A DNA stretch of 64,000 nucleotides from Desulfurococcales archaeon (GTDB lineage Archaea; Thermoproteota; Thermoprotei_A; Sulfolobales; Desulfurococcaceae). This document shows positions 1-10,428 of the stretch, one piece after another. The notes under the pieces were generated by a model. The model searched no databases and was not told the origin of the DNA. It saw only the letters and a program-made list of their open reading frames with translations. Both the position numbers and the translations under genes were made by a program. The stretch is from the NCBI GenBank assembly GCA_027022365.1, contig JALVYU010000031.1, forward strand, positions 64,001 through 128,000, written 5' to 3'. The stretch's first letter is position 1. Every line of letters begins with the position of its first letter.

Positions 1-437
1 TTGATACGTCTAGCACCTACTAGGCCTAGCTTCTGCTTATACTTGTCGGCTATACGCTCTGCTTCCCTGAAAACATATCCCTTTAGATCCTTGATGTCCT
101 CGGGCCTTGTGGGTGGCTTGATCTCGTCCATAAGGATCTCTGTCAGCTTCTCGAGAACGGCCCTGTCCGTGGGTGTTAACCCGTACTCCTCGACAAAGTA
201 CATAGGTCCTTGGGGTGTTTCAGCGATAACCACCTTGACGAATGGCTTATAGACATAGTAGCTCTCCATTATCCTCCAGCTAGGATCGCGGCGTGCGACC
301 TGTATCGGCTCGGTAGGCATGATGACGTGACGTATTGCCTCCATCTCCCTCTGGCCAGCGCGGAGCCCCCTGGGCTTTTTCTTCTTTCCTTTCCCCAGCG
401 CTACTCTTCTCTGTAAAATCTCCTTAAGCGAAGGCAA
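1..437 (-). CDS. Type II/IV secretion (pilus assembly) ATPase, N-terminal part; runs off the window edge
   Basis: Not in the ORF track. Manual minus-strand translation from TTG at 437 is open to the edge: MPSLKEILQRRV...WRIMESYYVYKPFVKVVIAETPQGPMYFVEEYGLTPTDRAVLEKLTEILMDEIKPP..., resembling the N-terminal domain of archaeal VirB11/AapE/PilB ATPases. Divergent from the TadC-like gene. Walker motifs are not in the window. Confidence 0.75.
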   Translation of the reverse strand, partial: MPSLKEILQRRVALGKGKKKKPRGLRAGQREMEAIRHVIMPTEPIQVARRDPSWRIMESYYVYKPFVKVVIAETPQGPMYFVEEYGLTPTDRAVLEKLTEILMDEIKPPTRPEDIKDLKGYVFREAERIADKYKQKLGLVGARRI

Positions 438-628
438 TAGTAGACGCCCCACTCCAAACACGTAAATGGGCTAAACTCATAATACTACCTTATAGGTTAT
501 AGGTCTTAAACATATAGCTAAATAAGGCTATTGCCTTTGCGGGTTCTTTTAATAATACTTGAATAGGGGGTATGCTAAAATATATGTTGGCACGACAATA
601 ATAACCTAAAGATACACGGACGGATGCG

Positions 629-2425
629 GTGTTTGCGTTGGGTTTCTGGGACTGGGTTTATATGGTTTTTGAAAAGCCCGGCAAGAAGATCTTAGAGATA
701 TATCCGCATCTCCCAGAACAGATAAGAAAAAGCGGTATGCACATGTATCCAGAAGTCTACGCGTCATTTGTAGCCTTTATGACATTGGTTCTTACTGGTT
801 TTTCCGCGGTTCTTGCCGCTATTTTTATCGTGGTTAGACTACAATATCTCATATTTATACCGATCTTATTACCTGTTTTCGGCTTTGTTTTTCTTGTTTA
901 CTTCCCATCAATGCTGGCCAGTAGCCGTGCGGGAGGAATAGAGGGTGAATTTCCATATACTGTGGCTTACCTTAGCATGATGGTAATGAGCGGCCTCTCA
1001 CCATATAGTGCCTTTGAGAGAATCACGAGAAGCAAAAGAGTCTTCATTAAAAGTAGCGAGCTAAGTCAGCGCTTCATACTCCTAGTTAGGGTTCTGGGCC
1101 GCGACCCCTTATCGGCTTTCGCAATGCTAAGTGCCCGTACCCCCAGCGCGACTGTACGTGATCTATTGATGGGCTATGTTACCACCGTACGTGCCGGTGG
1201 TGATGTAGCGGATTATTTGACGAAAAAAGCTAGGCTCCTGTTTTCAGAGATAATAGTTAAGATGAAGATTATCGCTGATAAGCTGGCCAGTATATTGGAG
1301 GCATATCTTGCCTTAGCCTTATTATCAATGATAAGCCTTACAGTCATGTACTTTGTAACGGTATCATTCGTATCAGTTGTTCCATTCGGCCTAAGTCCGG
1401 GCGGGATGTTCCTGTTCCTCTACGTGATGATGCCGATGATGTCCGCTATGATAATCTATCTCGCCGACCTCATACAGTACAAGGAGCCGTGGGTCGACTA
1501 CCGCCCATACATGGTTTTCGCGGGGCTATCACTACCCATTGCCGCTTACCTCTCGGTTTTCGGTATCTTCCTGCCAGGAGTGCTTCCACCTGGGAATAAG
1601 CTCAGGGAAAGTTTTCTTGTAAAGGGACTACACGATCTCTTGGCGCTCCCCGCCTCTATAACTCATGCACCAGGCTATGTTGTATCAAGTATACAGTTCG
1701 CCCTCGTCCTCCTTATCGCGACTTTCCCAGCAATGATTTATTACGAGTATGTTTCACGGGAGTACAAGGTGGTTAACGGGATAACGCTCTTCCTAAGAGA
1801 CCTCGTAGAGGTTAGAAAAACCGGTTTGTCGCCGGAGAGATCGATTATTGAGTTGTCCCGCAGAAACTATGGTGCCTTCACGAAGTATTTGAGGAAAATG
1901 GCGCTCCAGCTCAGCCTAGGAGTGCCGTTATCCAAGATAATAGATGATCTCTTCAAGAAGATCATTGTTTGGAGGGCAAAGGTACTGCTGTATGTCCTAA
2001 CCGATGCTATCGAGGTGGGAGGAGGGACGATCGAGGTCATGGAGAACCTGGCGTGGTTCGCCGAGAGCATAGACGCTATAGAGGATGAGCGTAAAAAGAA
2101 CCTCCGCACACTACTCATAGTACCCTACATGGGAGGCATACTAACAGCAGCAACAGTAGTAATGCTAACGGCATACTTAGGAAGTCTCCCGCTAAGCTTC
2201 GGGGCTTTTTCTACGGCCGCCGCAATGACCCTGCCGTCGATTATACTTAACACGTACTTCATGGGGCTAGTGGCAGGGAAAGTATCGGCGGGAAGCGTGG
2301 CTGCAGGATTCAAGCACGCGTTCCTGCTGACACTGATATCTCTGTTTCTCTTACTGGCGTCCGGAATAATAGGTTCTCACCTAATGATCATGCCTTCGAG
2401 TCACGCAGTAGTGCCTGGAGGATGA
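629..2425 (+). CDS. Type II secretion system F family / TadC-AapF-like pilus platform membrane protein (two T2SSF domains)
   Basis: Two repeats of the T2SSF pattern (EFPYTVAYLSMMVMSGLSP...; FLRDLVEVRKTGLSPERSI...AIEVGGG), multiple TM helices, C-terminal GKVSAGSVAAGFKH; followed by pilin genes. Confidence 0.92.
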   Translation: MFALGFWDWVYMVFEKPGKKILEIYPHLPEQIRKSGMHMYPEVYASFVAFMTLVLTGFSAVLAAIFIVVRLQYLIFIPILLPVFGFVFLVYFPSMLASSRAGGIEGEFPYTVAYLSMMVMSGLSPYSAFERITRSKRVFIKSSELSQRFILLVRVLGRDPLSAFAMLSARTPSATVRDLLMGYVTTVRAGGDVADYLTKKARLLFSEIIVKMKIIADKLASILEAYLALALLSMISLTVMYFVTVSFVSVVPFGLSPGGMFLFLYVMMPMMSAMIIYLADLIQYKEPWVDYRPYMVFAGLSLPIAAYLSVFGIFLPGVLPPGNKLRESFLVKGLHDLLALPASITHAPGYVVSSIQFALVLLIATFPAMIYYEYVSREYKVVNGITLFLRDLVEVRKTGLSPERSIIELSRRNYGAFTKYLRKMALQLSLGVPLSKIIDDLFKKIIVWRAKVLLYVLTDAIEVGGGTIEVMENLAWFAESIDAIEDERKKNLRTLLIVPYMGGILTAATVVMLTAYLGSLPLSFGAFSTAAAMTLPSIILNTYFMGLVAGKVSAGSVAAGFKHAFLLTLISLFLLLASGIIGSHLMIMPSSHAVVPGG

Positions 2426-2432
2426 CAGTCCT

Positions 2433-4289
2433 ATGAGGAAGAGATCTATGAGAACATGTAAGGGTGTGAGCGAAGTCATATCAACAGTTATACTCGCCGC
2501 CACCATAATCATGATATCACTAGTGGTATTCTACTATGCTATGTACGCGTTCCAGACAAGCAGTCTCGCAACACAGTTCGGCTACACAAAATCGGTTCTA
2601 CTAGATCTCGCCTCGAACCTCAACTATGTGATCTCCGGTAACCAGTACTACGCCAACATACCGTCAAAAACAGTGGGTGTAGGATACAATGAGTCCAGTA
2701 CATACACCATATCGATAGGAGTGCCAGCCTACAACATAACGATAACTATAAACAACCCGCTAACAACCCCCCTCACCAACTACCAGGTAATGGTATGGCT
2801 CAACCAGACAAACTTCGCGGGCTGGAACTACCTGAACATGACAGGTAACACCACGGACTTCATATTTGTAGACCCCTACTACCACATACTCAGCTTCTAC
2901 GTACAGGAGTTTGACCCACTCAACAAGGTTGCCAAGATATGGGTAAAGGTACCATATATTCCCGGCGGCGGCTCAACAAAGATAATAATGTTCTATGGAA
3001 CCCCGCTCCTCAAGGGCCATAGCGACTTCTACTCAGTATTCGACAGGTTCTACGACGACTTCACAACCAGCCCATATAATAATGGGAAATGGATCATATA
3101 CAAGGCGGCGGGAACAAATTACACCGCAGAATTCGTCTGGGATCCCAAGCAGGGGGTAGTTAACCTGACCCTACCATACCCGGATCTCGGGGTAATGGCC
3201 TTCGCCGCGGAAAACGGCAGGCCTATCCAGGGCCTCCCTGTACTCGCGATCATAAGGTACAAGGGCGGTAATCCGAGCGCCACACCAGCCGATGGCTTCG
3301 CTTTCGCTTTCAATAAAGACATATCGGTGTATGAGCGGTACGCGGGTACTTTTGGTGGTACGGGAGGCTCTCTCGACCTAGAGTTGCTCAGCCCCTCGGG
3401 CACGATCATATCAGATGGATACGCGTTCGTCATGGATGCGTACCAGGACACAGGCACGTACCCCGATCCTGCTCCAAACTATACAGCTATAGAACGTACA
3501 AACGTTACATACCCCTACCCAAAAATAGATAACAAGTACTACCTTACAGACGCCGTATCCGATCTTACATGGCATGTTCTGACATTATCAATAGAGCCCG
3601 ATTACTCTTATGCAAACATAAGCATAGATGGCTCTCAGGTATTGACAAACGTTGCTCTCCCAACGAAGCTACCGTATACAGGGTTCGGCATCTCGGCGTC
3701 CACCCATAGTCTATCAGCATACTACACGGTAGATTATATCGAGGTGTATTATAGGAAGTACTACGGGCTCGACCCAACAGTATATATTAACCCAGTCAAC
3801 GGCACAGGGTTCGCGCCAATCTACACTATGAACTATGTCGGAATATATACGGCGGCATACGCTGCTTTCACGACGACAAGGCAGATCATCTATGGAACCA
3901 GCAACTATACAGTCGACGACATACGGTTGATCCCCAGAGTCACACAGTTCTACCTGAACGGCTTCACTTATGCCGAACTAGATACTTTCAGATTCTTGGT
4001 TAATCCCTATGAAGTAGTCACAGCCAGTGGAATAACATACACAATAAGTATCACGGGTGCCGAACTGCATCCACAGGTAATATCGTCGTCCCCCTCTCAA
4101 CTCATAGCCTCGTATGCGGGGATAACGTATTCGAATACGTTCAATACGACAAGGGTAGCGATCATAGTATCGTTGAATGGATACCTGCAAGTGATCGATA
4201 TAACGTCATCGCTGACAGGATACAATCCAGCGACATCCCATGTACAAGTATTCATTACGATTAAGAAGGTTAATTTGGTGTTTATCTAA
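2433..4289 (+). CDS. Large minor pilin/adhesin: class III signal peptide, DUF2341-like domain and ConA/L-type lectin-like domain
   Basis: KG|VSEVISTVILAATIIMISLVV prepilin motif; LTNYQVMVWLN...FYVQEFD...AKIWVKVPYIP...IIMFYG (DUF2341 pattern); PADGFAFAF...WHVLTLSI...GFGISAST (legume-lectin-like); many N-x-S/T sequons. Confidence 0.75.
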   Translation: MRKRSMRTCKGVSEVISTVILAATIIMISLVVFYYAMYAFQTSSLATQFGYTKSVLLDLASNLNYVISGNQYYANIPSKTVGVGYNESSTYTISIGVPAYNITITINNPLTTPLTNYQVMVWLNQTNFAGWNYLNMTGNTTDFIFVDPYYHILSFYVQEFDPLNKVAKIWVKVPYIPGGGSTKIIMFYGTPLLKGHSDFYSVFDRFYDDFTTSPYNNGKWIIYKAAGTNYTAEFVWDPKQGVVNLTLPYPDLGVMAFAAENGRPIQGLPVLAIIRYKGGNPSATPADGFAFAFNKDISVYERYAGTFGGTGGSLDLELLSPSGTIISDGYAFVMDAYQDTGTYPDPAPNYTAIERTNVTYPYPKIDNKYYLTDAVSDLTWHVLTLSIEPDYSYANISIDGSQVLTNVALPTKLPYTGFGISASTHSLSAYYTVDYIEVYYRKYYGLDPTVYINPVNGTGFAPIYTMNYVGIYTAAYAAFTTTRQIIYGTSNYTVDDIRLIPRVTQFYLNGFTYAELDTFRFLVNPYEVVTASGITYTISITGAELHPQVISSSPSQLIASYAGITYSNTFNTTRVAIIVSLNGYLQVIDITSSLTGYNPATSHVQVFITIKKVNLVFI

Positions 4290-4801
4290 TGGTAGCCCCG
4301 ATCATAACCCACGTTATAGGAATTACTGCCCTCATAGCTATTATGGTGATCATAATTATATATGTCGGCTTCATGACGCAGGCGATGATGTATGAGAATG
4401 TCCAGAGAAACCTAGAGTATGTCTCTCAATCGATATCAATGCAACTGCTGTATGCGATAACATCTGACACCAACATGACGATCCAGCTAAACTATCCAAT
4501 AGTGGTTGGGAAAAACACTTTCTACAACATCTACATAGGTAACACATCGTATGTTTTACAGGTGGCCCCCTTCCTCAATGACAAGTTATCGCCGTCCACC
4601 CTCTATGTTTTAACAATGACGCCCGACAAAACCGTCTACGCGTACACCCCCGTATGCAATATAACGTATAACGGTAAGCTTATCCTCGTGGAGAACAACC
4701 TGCTGGTTATTGGTAGCGGTACAGTTACAACATTAGCGATAAACATAAACACCACTAATATTTACATATCAATATATAAGATGGAGGTCAGATATCCTTG
4801 A
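4289..4801 (+). CDS. Minor pilin-like protein
   Basis: N-terminal hydrophobic helix followed by a beta-rich extracellular domain; start overlaps the previous stop (TAATG). Confidence 0.65.
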   Translation: MVAPIITHVIGITALIAIMVIIIIYVGFMTQAMMYENVQRNLEYVSQSISMQLLYAITSDTNMTIQLNYPIVVGKNTFYNIYIGNTSYVLQVAPFLNDKLSPSTLYVLTMTPDKTVYAYTPVCNITYNGKLILVENNLLVIGSGTVTTLAININTTNIYISIYKMEVRYP

Positions 4802-6129
4802 AGGAAATCATAGAATACATTTTAGCCGCTTTAATAATAATTTCGATAATACCAGTCATAACATACGTAGAGAACACTGTCTACGCACCTAGGCCAAGGA
4901 GCGTTGAGCCGATAGTTCAAGTTCTATTTGCAAATAAAATATTTGATGAAATAAACAAGATATTTACGGCAGGTAATCTCACTTTATTTCAATCCAATAT
5001 ATTTAATACAATAATCGCTCAAGAACTATCACCATATAACAATTACGGCTACAACATAACTATTAGACCATACGCTATCAAGATCGATAGTGTTGGATGG
5101 ACGATCAACGTCACATCAATGTATAACGGAACCATTTCCCTCCTTGTAGTATCCACGGGCCTAGCTGTAAGGACGATAAACACTCCGCGCTACACGTTCC
5201 TCCTGCAGAACGGCACATACAAGTATGTATTCGCCAACCCGTTTAGCCCGACATATACGATGATGGTTATAGCGATCCTGGACATCGGTACTGCGAAATT
5301 TATTGATTATAAAATAACACAGAGCAGCGTCAACAAACTCACCCTAGTTAATATAAACGGAAAAGTATATCTTCTAGCACCGACATCCCTCAGCACGCCG
5401 CTGACATCATCTCCGGGCCAGGCGATAGTATGCTATTATGATCCTGCGACGAATAACTACTATTATTACGGCAGTATAAATTACAACTACATAAAAAGCA
5501 TAAGCTATTACAGGGCACCAAACTATTTCTTCGGGACATTATACAATAGTACAACAAGATACACTGAATACAGCAAGATAAGATACGATGTATCTTATGC
5601 AGGAGTTATAACGCTTTATGGAAATACATACAATATGTTCGGACTCTACTCCTACACAAACCAGTCCACCGGGTACTTTCACGGCAACTATTATTTCACA
5701 GGAACAGTCGTTACCAATACTGTTTCAACATCTACAACCACCGTTATCAACACAATAACCTATACTTCTCGTTGGTGGTGGTGGATAACAATAACAGGCA
5801 CATATACGACGACGCTGCCCGTAGAAGCGAACATCACCGCTACATACCCCAAAATAACAAGCACTACCCTCACAGCGAGCTCGACGACCTCGTACATAAC
5901 ATCCTCGGCAACGGCAACATATCCAATATACTATCCACTATTAAATGTCGTTGCGATAATTGTCGTGGATTCTAGCGGTAACATATATGTGGCGCTACCC
6001 TACTTCAACTATCTGACCGCTGGCTCCACTATACCTGCGAACTGGCCCGTCAGCCATGAAGCCTACTGGTTCAGGATAGGAATGTTCACTTATTATGTAC
6101 AGATAACTATTTGGAGGAAATCGATATGA
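4798..6129 (+). CDS. Pilin-like surface protein with Thr/Tyr-rich insertion
   Basis: MKEIIEYILAALIIISII hydrophobic N-terminus; overlaps neighbouring genes by 4 nt; Thr-rich segment containing SRWWWW. Confidence 0.6.
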   Translation: MKEIIEYILAALIIISIIPVITYVENTVYAPRPRSVEPIVQVLFANKIFDEINKIFTAGNLTLFQSNIFNTIIAQELSPYNNYGYNITIRPYAIKIDSVGWTINVTSMYNGTISLLVVSTGLAVRTINTPRYTFLLQNGTYKYVFANPFSPTYTMMVIAILDIGTAKFIDYKITQSSVNKLTLVNINGKVYLLAPTSLSTPLTSSPGQAIVCYYDPATNNYYYYGSINYNYIKSISYYRAPNYFFGTLYNSTTRYTEYSKIRYDVSYAGVITLYGNTYNMFGLYSYTNQSTGYFHGNYYFTGTVVTNTVSTSTTTVINTITYTSRWWWWITITGTYTTTLPVEANITATYPKITSTTLTASSTTSYITSSATATYPIYYPLLNVVAIIVVDSSGNIYVALPYFNYLTAGSTIPANWPVSHEAYWFRIGMFTYYVQITIWRKSI

Positions 6130-6509
6130 GGTCACAGTCGGTTATCATCTCGGCGTACATGGCTGTAGCGTTGCTGGTAATTGCTATGGCGACCATTTAT
6201 GTATATGTGTTGCCACATACACAATCGTACTTATCCTCATATTCGTCACTGGATGTGAGAAGCATTGTTTATAGCAGGTACTCGTGGACCGCGAAAATCC
6301 TTGCAAACGAGCTTTACAGAGAGCTCAACCTGAAATACGTCTATGTGAACATAACGACATACAATATCACCACGGGCAGAATAATCAGTACCGACTACTA
6401 TATAATACGTCCCGCCAGAAACACTAGCCTCATCTATATCACATATAACCTCACCAGCTTCAATCCCGACGGGATTATGTATATCTACAACATAAAGGTG
6501 GGAAGATGA
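6126..6509 (+). CDS. Minor pilin-like protein
   Basis: MRS|QSVIISAYMAVALLVIAM class III-like signal; ATG at 6126 couples to the upstream stop (ATGA). Confidence 0.65.
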   Translation: MRSQSVIISAYMAVALLVIAMATIYVYVLPHTQSYLSSYSSLDVRSIVYSRYSWTAKILANELYRELNLKYVYVNITTYNITTGRIISTDYYIIRPARNTSLIYITYNLTSFNPDGIMYIYNIKVGR

Positions 6510-7858
6510 AGGGACAGCTACCGATAATTATTGCCTTCACAATAATAATGGCTATTGTAATCTCCACTGCAATATATATTTCAACAATCCCTGTAAACGT
6601 GAAGTTCAGCTATACCGGCAAACAATATAGTGACTGGGAAATATATGATCAGGAACTGACCCAGCTAATACTCTACATGCTTAAACAAGGGGTCACGGCC
6701 GCAACCCCTCTCATCGAAAATTACATTAAATCGAACATATTTACCCAGAGCATCACCTACACGCGTGTCTACGCACCCCTAACAGCCTATCTCACCTATG
6801 GATTCTGGTATTCCGAGTACTTCAACGTATATGTGCCGACGGGAAGAGAATATGTTTCGATCACACCATCATACTATACAGGAACCGTTCTTTCAGAAGT
6901 GAGTGTCTTAGCGACAAAAACACTGAACTCCACGGCATACAAGATCCTGACGAGCTGGATAAACAGCATGAAGAAGCTAGGTCTAAGAATAATTATAGAC
7001 AATTTCATAACAGCCTATAATCTAAGCCTAACATCAACGGGAACAACAGCCATTGGCATGGCTAACGCCTCGGTAAACTTCACCATAACTATATTCAACT
7101 CTCTAGGCGAATACAGGGTTTACACGAAGACATCACTGTTGCACTGCCAAGTCAATTTCACACACGGATACTACTCGGGCGCAGACTCAATCAGTGGAGG
7201 ATTTGTCCTACCCCTCGTCATACAGACATATATAATGATCGACGGGACACGCTACTATTATGTCCTCTCGCCCAGAGACGTGACCACGTACTACTACTCA
7301 CAATTATTCTCCACACTACCATCCTTTGCCGCGAAATACGGTGGCTCACCCCTCGCCAAAGCCTACGTGATAAACAATGGGCAGGCGGCGTTCTACAGGG
7401 GAAACGGATTAACGAATGTAACATTGATTATAAGGTACAATACTTACGACGAATTCCTCGTCGACTGGATCAAATACGTTCATTTCTCCTCTATAATAGG
7501 GCTCATAAAATCAACAGACCTAGACTGGAACAACGTATTCTATGTATTCAACTATATGACATGGGATCTAAGCTACTGGGGCACCACAAATGTTACGACC
7601 TTAGTGTCAGAAGATAGCATTAACCTGACAGACATAACAGGCAATAACGTCGAAGTATCGTATTACACCCAGTCTATATCACCATACGTTAACTACACGA
7701 AAGTTCTCACCTTCTATGTACCGGGATATTCGAGAATAGATGTTAACGGAGTACCGGTTATCGTGCCGACACAGTTCTACATCTACTACTCCGGAGAATA
7801 TCTAGCATACTCCTTCCTATATGCATACTCCTTCGACATTAATATTAGGGGTAGATAA
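6506..7858 (+). CDS. Large minor pilin-like protein
   Basis: MKG|QLPIIIAFTIIMAIVIS class III signal peptide; ATGA coupling; sequon-rich. Confidence 0.7.
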   Translation: MKGQLPIIIAFTIIMAIVISTAIYISTIPVNVKFSYTGKQYSDWEIYDQELTQLILYMLKQGVTAATPLIENYIKSNIFTQSITYTRVYAPLTAYLTYGFWYSEYFNVYVPTGREYVSITPSYYTGTVLSEVSVLATKTLNSTAYKILTSWINSMKKLGLRIIIDNFITAYNLSLTSTGTTAIGMANASVNFTITIFNSLGEYRVYTKTSLLHCQVNFTHGYYSGADSISGGFVLPLVIQTYIMIDGTRYYYVLSPRDVTTYYYSQLFSTLPSFAAKYGGSPLAKAYVINNGQAAFYRGNGLTNVTLIIRYNTYDEFLVDWIKYVHFSSIIGLIKSTDLDWNNVFYVFNYMTWDLSYWGTTNVTTLVSEDSINLTDITGNNVEVSYYTQSISPYVNYTKVLTFYVPGYSRIDVNGVPVIVPTQFYIYYSGEYLAYSFLYAYSFDINIRGR

Positions 7859-8061
7859 GCCAGCACATAATCCACTGATCATTGGCATGAGCTTCCCTCA
7901 GTAAATATAGGGCGTTTTTCCCTTATTTTTATACCTAAAAACTCGATCATAAAATGCAACCAATGATTATACGTTGAGCAACGCAGATAAAATGTTGCCT
8001 ATATCAAGACATAAGCTTTTAATTTCCTATGTCACTATCATATTGTAAGAGGTGAACAAGT

Positions 8062-8493
8062 ATGCGTGCAATATCCCCAGTAATAGCAACAGTAATAATA
8101 GTATCAGTCGCTATTGCCATTAGCATCGCAGTAGCCCTATGGCTGACTGGTGTTACCAGCGGATTTACTCAGACTGAGAATCTGCAAATAGTATCAAGTT
8201 ACGCCACAGCTGTTGATACCCCGGTTAAGGGATGGAACATTACTATAGTGTTAAAGAATACAGGTACTGTTGCAGCGACCATTGATAACATATTCATAAA
8301 CGGCATTCCTGCTCAGAACAATACTAACGGTGTCTACTGGCTCAATGGTACCGGTACAACAATCGAACCCGGCAAGAGTATAAGGATAATAATAGTGTTA
8401 AAACAAGGACAATTCTCATCAGGCCAGATGGTGAATATCAAGATACATACTGCTAGCGGTAGGGACTACCCGACAACAGTTACTCTGCCATAA
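8062..8493 (+). CDS. Major type IV pilin (archaeal pilin family)
   Basis: MRA|ISPVIATVIIVSVAIAISIAVALW canonical archaeal pilin N-terminus; LKNTG...IDNIFING...IKIHTASG; strong RBS GAGGTGA; own upstream intergenic region. Confidence 0.9.
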   Translation: MRAISPVIATVIIVSVAIAISIAVALWLTGVTSGFTQTENLQIVSSYATAVDTPVKGWNITIVLKNTGTVAATIDNIFINGIPAQNNTNGVYWLNGTGTTIEPGKSIRIIIVLKQGQFSSGQMVNIKIHTASGRDYPTTVTLP

Positions 8494-9517
8494 GGTTTTG
8501 CTTTCTTGCTTTAACTATAACTATTTTTTCTCCTTTCTCGGCTTTTCTCTGGGGCGGTGGTAATATCGTTATTGCGGTTTTTGTTTTTACTGCGATGATC
8601 TTGTATGTGTGGTTCGGATCTTGCTTGTTTAGTTCATGTTCTATTTCTGCTAGGGTTTTCTCTGCCAGGTTCTCTGTTATTGTTTCTTCTATGAGGTCTG
8701 CTTGTCCTTGGCGTGTTGTTAGTTCTTTGATTACTTCTAGGACTGCGGGCTCGAACACTGAGCTTGCTATTGTTCTTCCTAGGAGGCGCGTTGATAGGGT
8801 GTAGTGTGCTCCTGCTTGCCTTAGTAGTTCTTCTGTCTCGGCGTTCTTTGCTATTGCTGAGATCCTTGTCTCGGGGTTTATTTTGCGTACTAGTAGTGTT
8901 AGGTGTATTGCTTGGCTGTCTTCACGGGTGCATATTATTACGTGTTGGGCGCCCCCTACTCCTGCTTTGCGGAGTGTTTCCTCGTCGGCTAGTTCTCCCA
9001 CCATGTAGTCTATCCCGGGGTCTCTCTTGGGCTGTGATGCCGTGATCCATCCCGTCTCCTTGTCTAGCTCGTTCAGACGTAGCTCGTCTATTATCTCGTA
9101 GCAGGACTCATCATCACCTATAACCAGGATCTTCTTTTTCTTCAAGGGTGCCAGCCCCAGTAGTTTCTTCATGCTTGCTTGTAGGAAGGCATCAGCTATA
9201 ACTGATACTGTGAGGGTGTAGGCCAGGATACCCATTACTGCGGTGAATCCCGCGACGAGCCATCCCGCCCCTCTCGTCGGGACTATGTCGCCGTAACCTA
9301 TTGTTGCCATAGTTATGATGCTCCAGTAGAGGCTGGCCCAGATGTCTATGTCTCTCCTCCCGGCGACGACGTGCTCGGAGTAATAGAATAGCAGTGCGCA
9401 CACTACCCACATGGTGAGGAAGAAGCCCGCTACAAAAAACAGCCTGGATCTCATGATCTTCTTTGCCCGTCTACGCATCAGCTTCCTCAGTAACCTATGG
9501 ATAATGCTTATCGCCAA
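8480..9517 (-). CDS. Potassium channel protein (MthK-like, 2TM plus RCK/TrkA domains)
   Basis: Selectivity filter TMATIGYGD; RCK Rossmann-like domain (ILVIG...AGVGGA...). Confidence 0.93.
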   Translation of the reverse strand: MAISIIHRLLRKLMRRRAKKIMRSRLFFVAGFFLTMWVVCALLFYYSEHVVAGRRDIDIWASLYWSIITMATIGYGDIVPTRGAGWLVAGFTAVMGILAYTLTVSVIADAFLQASMKKLLGLAPLKKKKILVIGDDESCYEIIDELRLNELDKETGWITASQPKRDPGIDYMVGELADEETLRKAGVGGAQHVIICTREDSQAIHLTLLVRKINPETRISAIAKNAETEELLRQAGAHYTLSTRLLGRTIASSVFEPAVLEVIKELTTRQGQADLIEETITENLAEKTLAEIEHELNKQDPNHTYKIIAVKTKTAITILPPPQRKAEKGEKIVIVKARKQNLMAE

Positions 9518-9680
9518 TTATCAGTCACCGTTCTAGCCTATTACCTGGGAGAAGGAGACAAGCCTTTCTATTCATGGTAAGGGTGTTGGGTGGCGTATTT
9601 CAACTTGTCGGATCAAATTTAATAACCCATAACGGATCATCATATTATTTGGATCAGAGTAGTCGGGTAGGTGGATAAGT

Positions 9681-9878
9681 ATGAGCAGCAAGAAAACAGC
9701 CAAGGAGATAATCCTTGAGGTACTCAAGAAGGAGAAAAGACCCCTCACCCCCAAGGAGATACAGAAGCTTACCGGGCTAAACTACAACACCATACGCGGC
9801 AGACTACAGGATCTCAAGAACGCAGGGCTAGTGGTGCGAACAGAGCAGGGCTGGATATACAAGGAGTACGCCAAGTAA
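9681..9878 (+). CDS. Small winged helix-turn-helix DNA-binding protein
   Basis: ILEVLKKEKRPLTPKEIQKLTGLNYNTIRGRLQDLKNAGLV; 65 aa, basic. Confidence 0.85.
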   Translation: MSSKKTAKEIILEVLKKEKRPLTPKEIQKLTGLNYNTIRGRLQDLKNAGLVVRTEQGWIYKEYAK

Positions 9879-9967
9879 ACACTAGCCGTTTGTTTTTACA
9901 AACAGGGCCCGTAGAGGCAATGGGGGTAAACCACATATCTTTTTCACCTAAAAACAATTGCTTTATG

Positions 9968-10330
9968 CTATCCTAGTACCAGAGAAGATAACGCAATAAT
10001 GGCTACAGTATAAGCGGTGCTCACAACAACGTCTATAACCAGGGTCTTCCTACTCGGAGGCTTAACGCTGAAATGCATCATGATCATCCCGAGGAAATTC
10101 GTGGCGAGATATGCTCCGCCGAAAAGCCATGGAAAACTAGTTGTTGGAAATAAGCGTGAGGCAATCCACGCGATCAAGTATGCGAGGGGGATATTGACAA
10201 ATGCATCATTCCACCACGAAGCCGGGCTCAAAATATAGCCTAGTACGAAGACAATTGAGCGGGCCACCCCACGGGGGGTTGTCAATACTGACAATATCCT
10301 TGAAAACCTTGTAGAACCGCGTAGAGCCAA
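9968..10330 (-). CDS. Hypothetical membrane protein
   Basis: Several hydrophobic helices; GYILSPASWWND.FVNIPLAY segment looks like a conserved motif. Confidence 0.7.
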   Translation of the reverse strand: MALRGSTRFSRILSVLTTPRGVARSIVFVLGYILSPASWWNDAFVNIPLAYLIAWIASRLFPTTSFPWLFGGAYLATNFLGMIMMHFSVKPPSRKTLVIDVVVSTAYTVAIIALSSLVLG

Positions 10331-10428
10331 GAAGTACTACACCGGCTAACCGTATCAACACGGTATTACCTTAAAAAGTATGGGGCCCAATAAATCCTCT
10401 AAGAAGGAACACAGCCAATATATTATCT

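Noticed and set aside
1-416. Plus-strand ORFs 1..252 and 210..416
   Set aside because: Antisense shadows of the minus-strand secretion ATPase that the ORF track missed
629-8493. Archaellum operon
   Set aside because: No arlF/arlG/arlH-like genes here, and the pilins lack archaellin features; a type IV pilus fits better
8494-8960. Strong T-richness on the plus strand suggesting a repeat or separate element
   Set aside because: Explained by A-rich codon usage in the 3' half of the K+ channel gene
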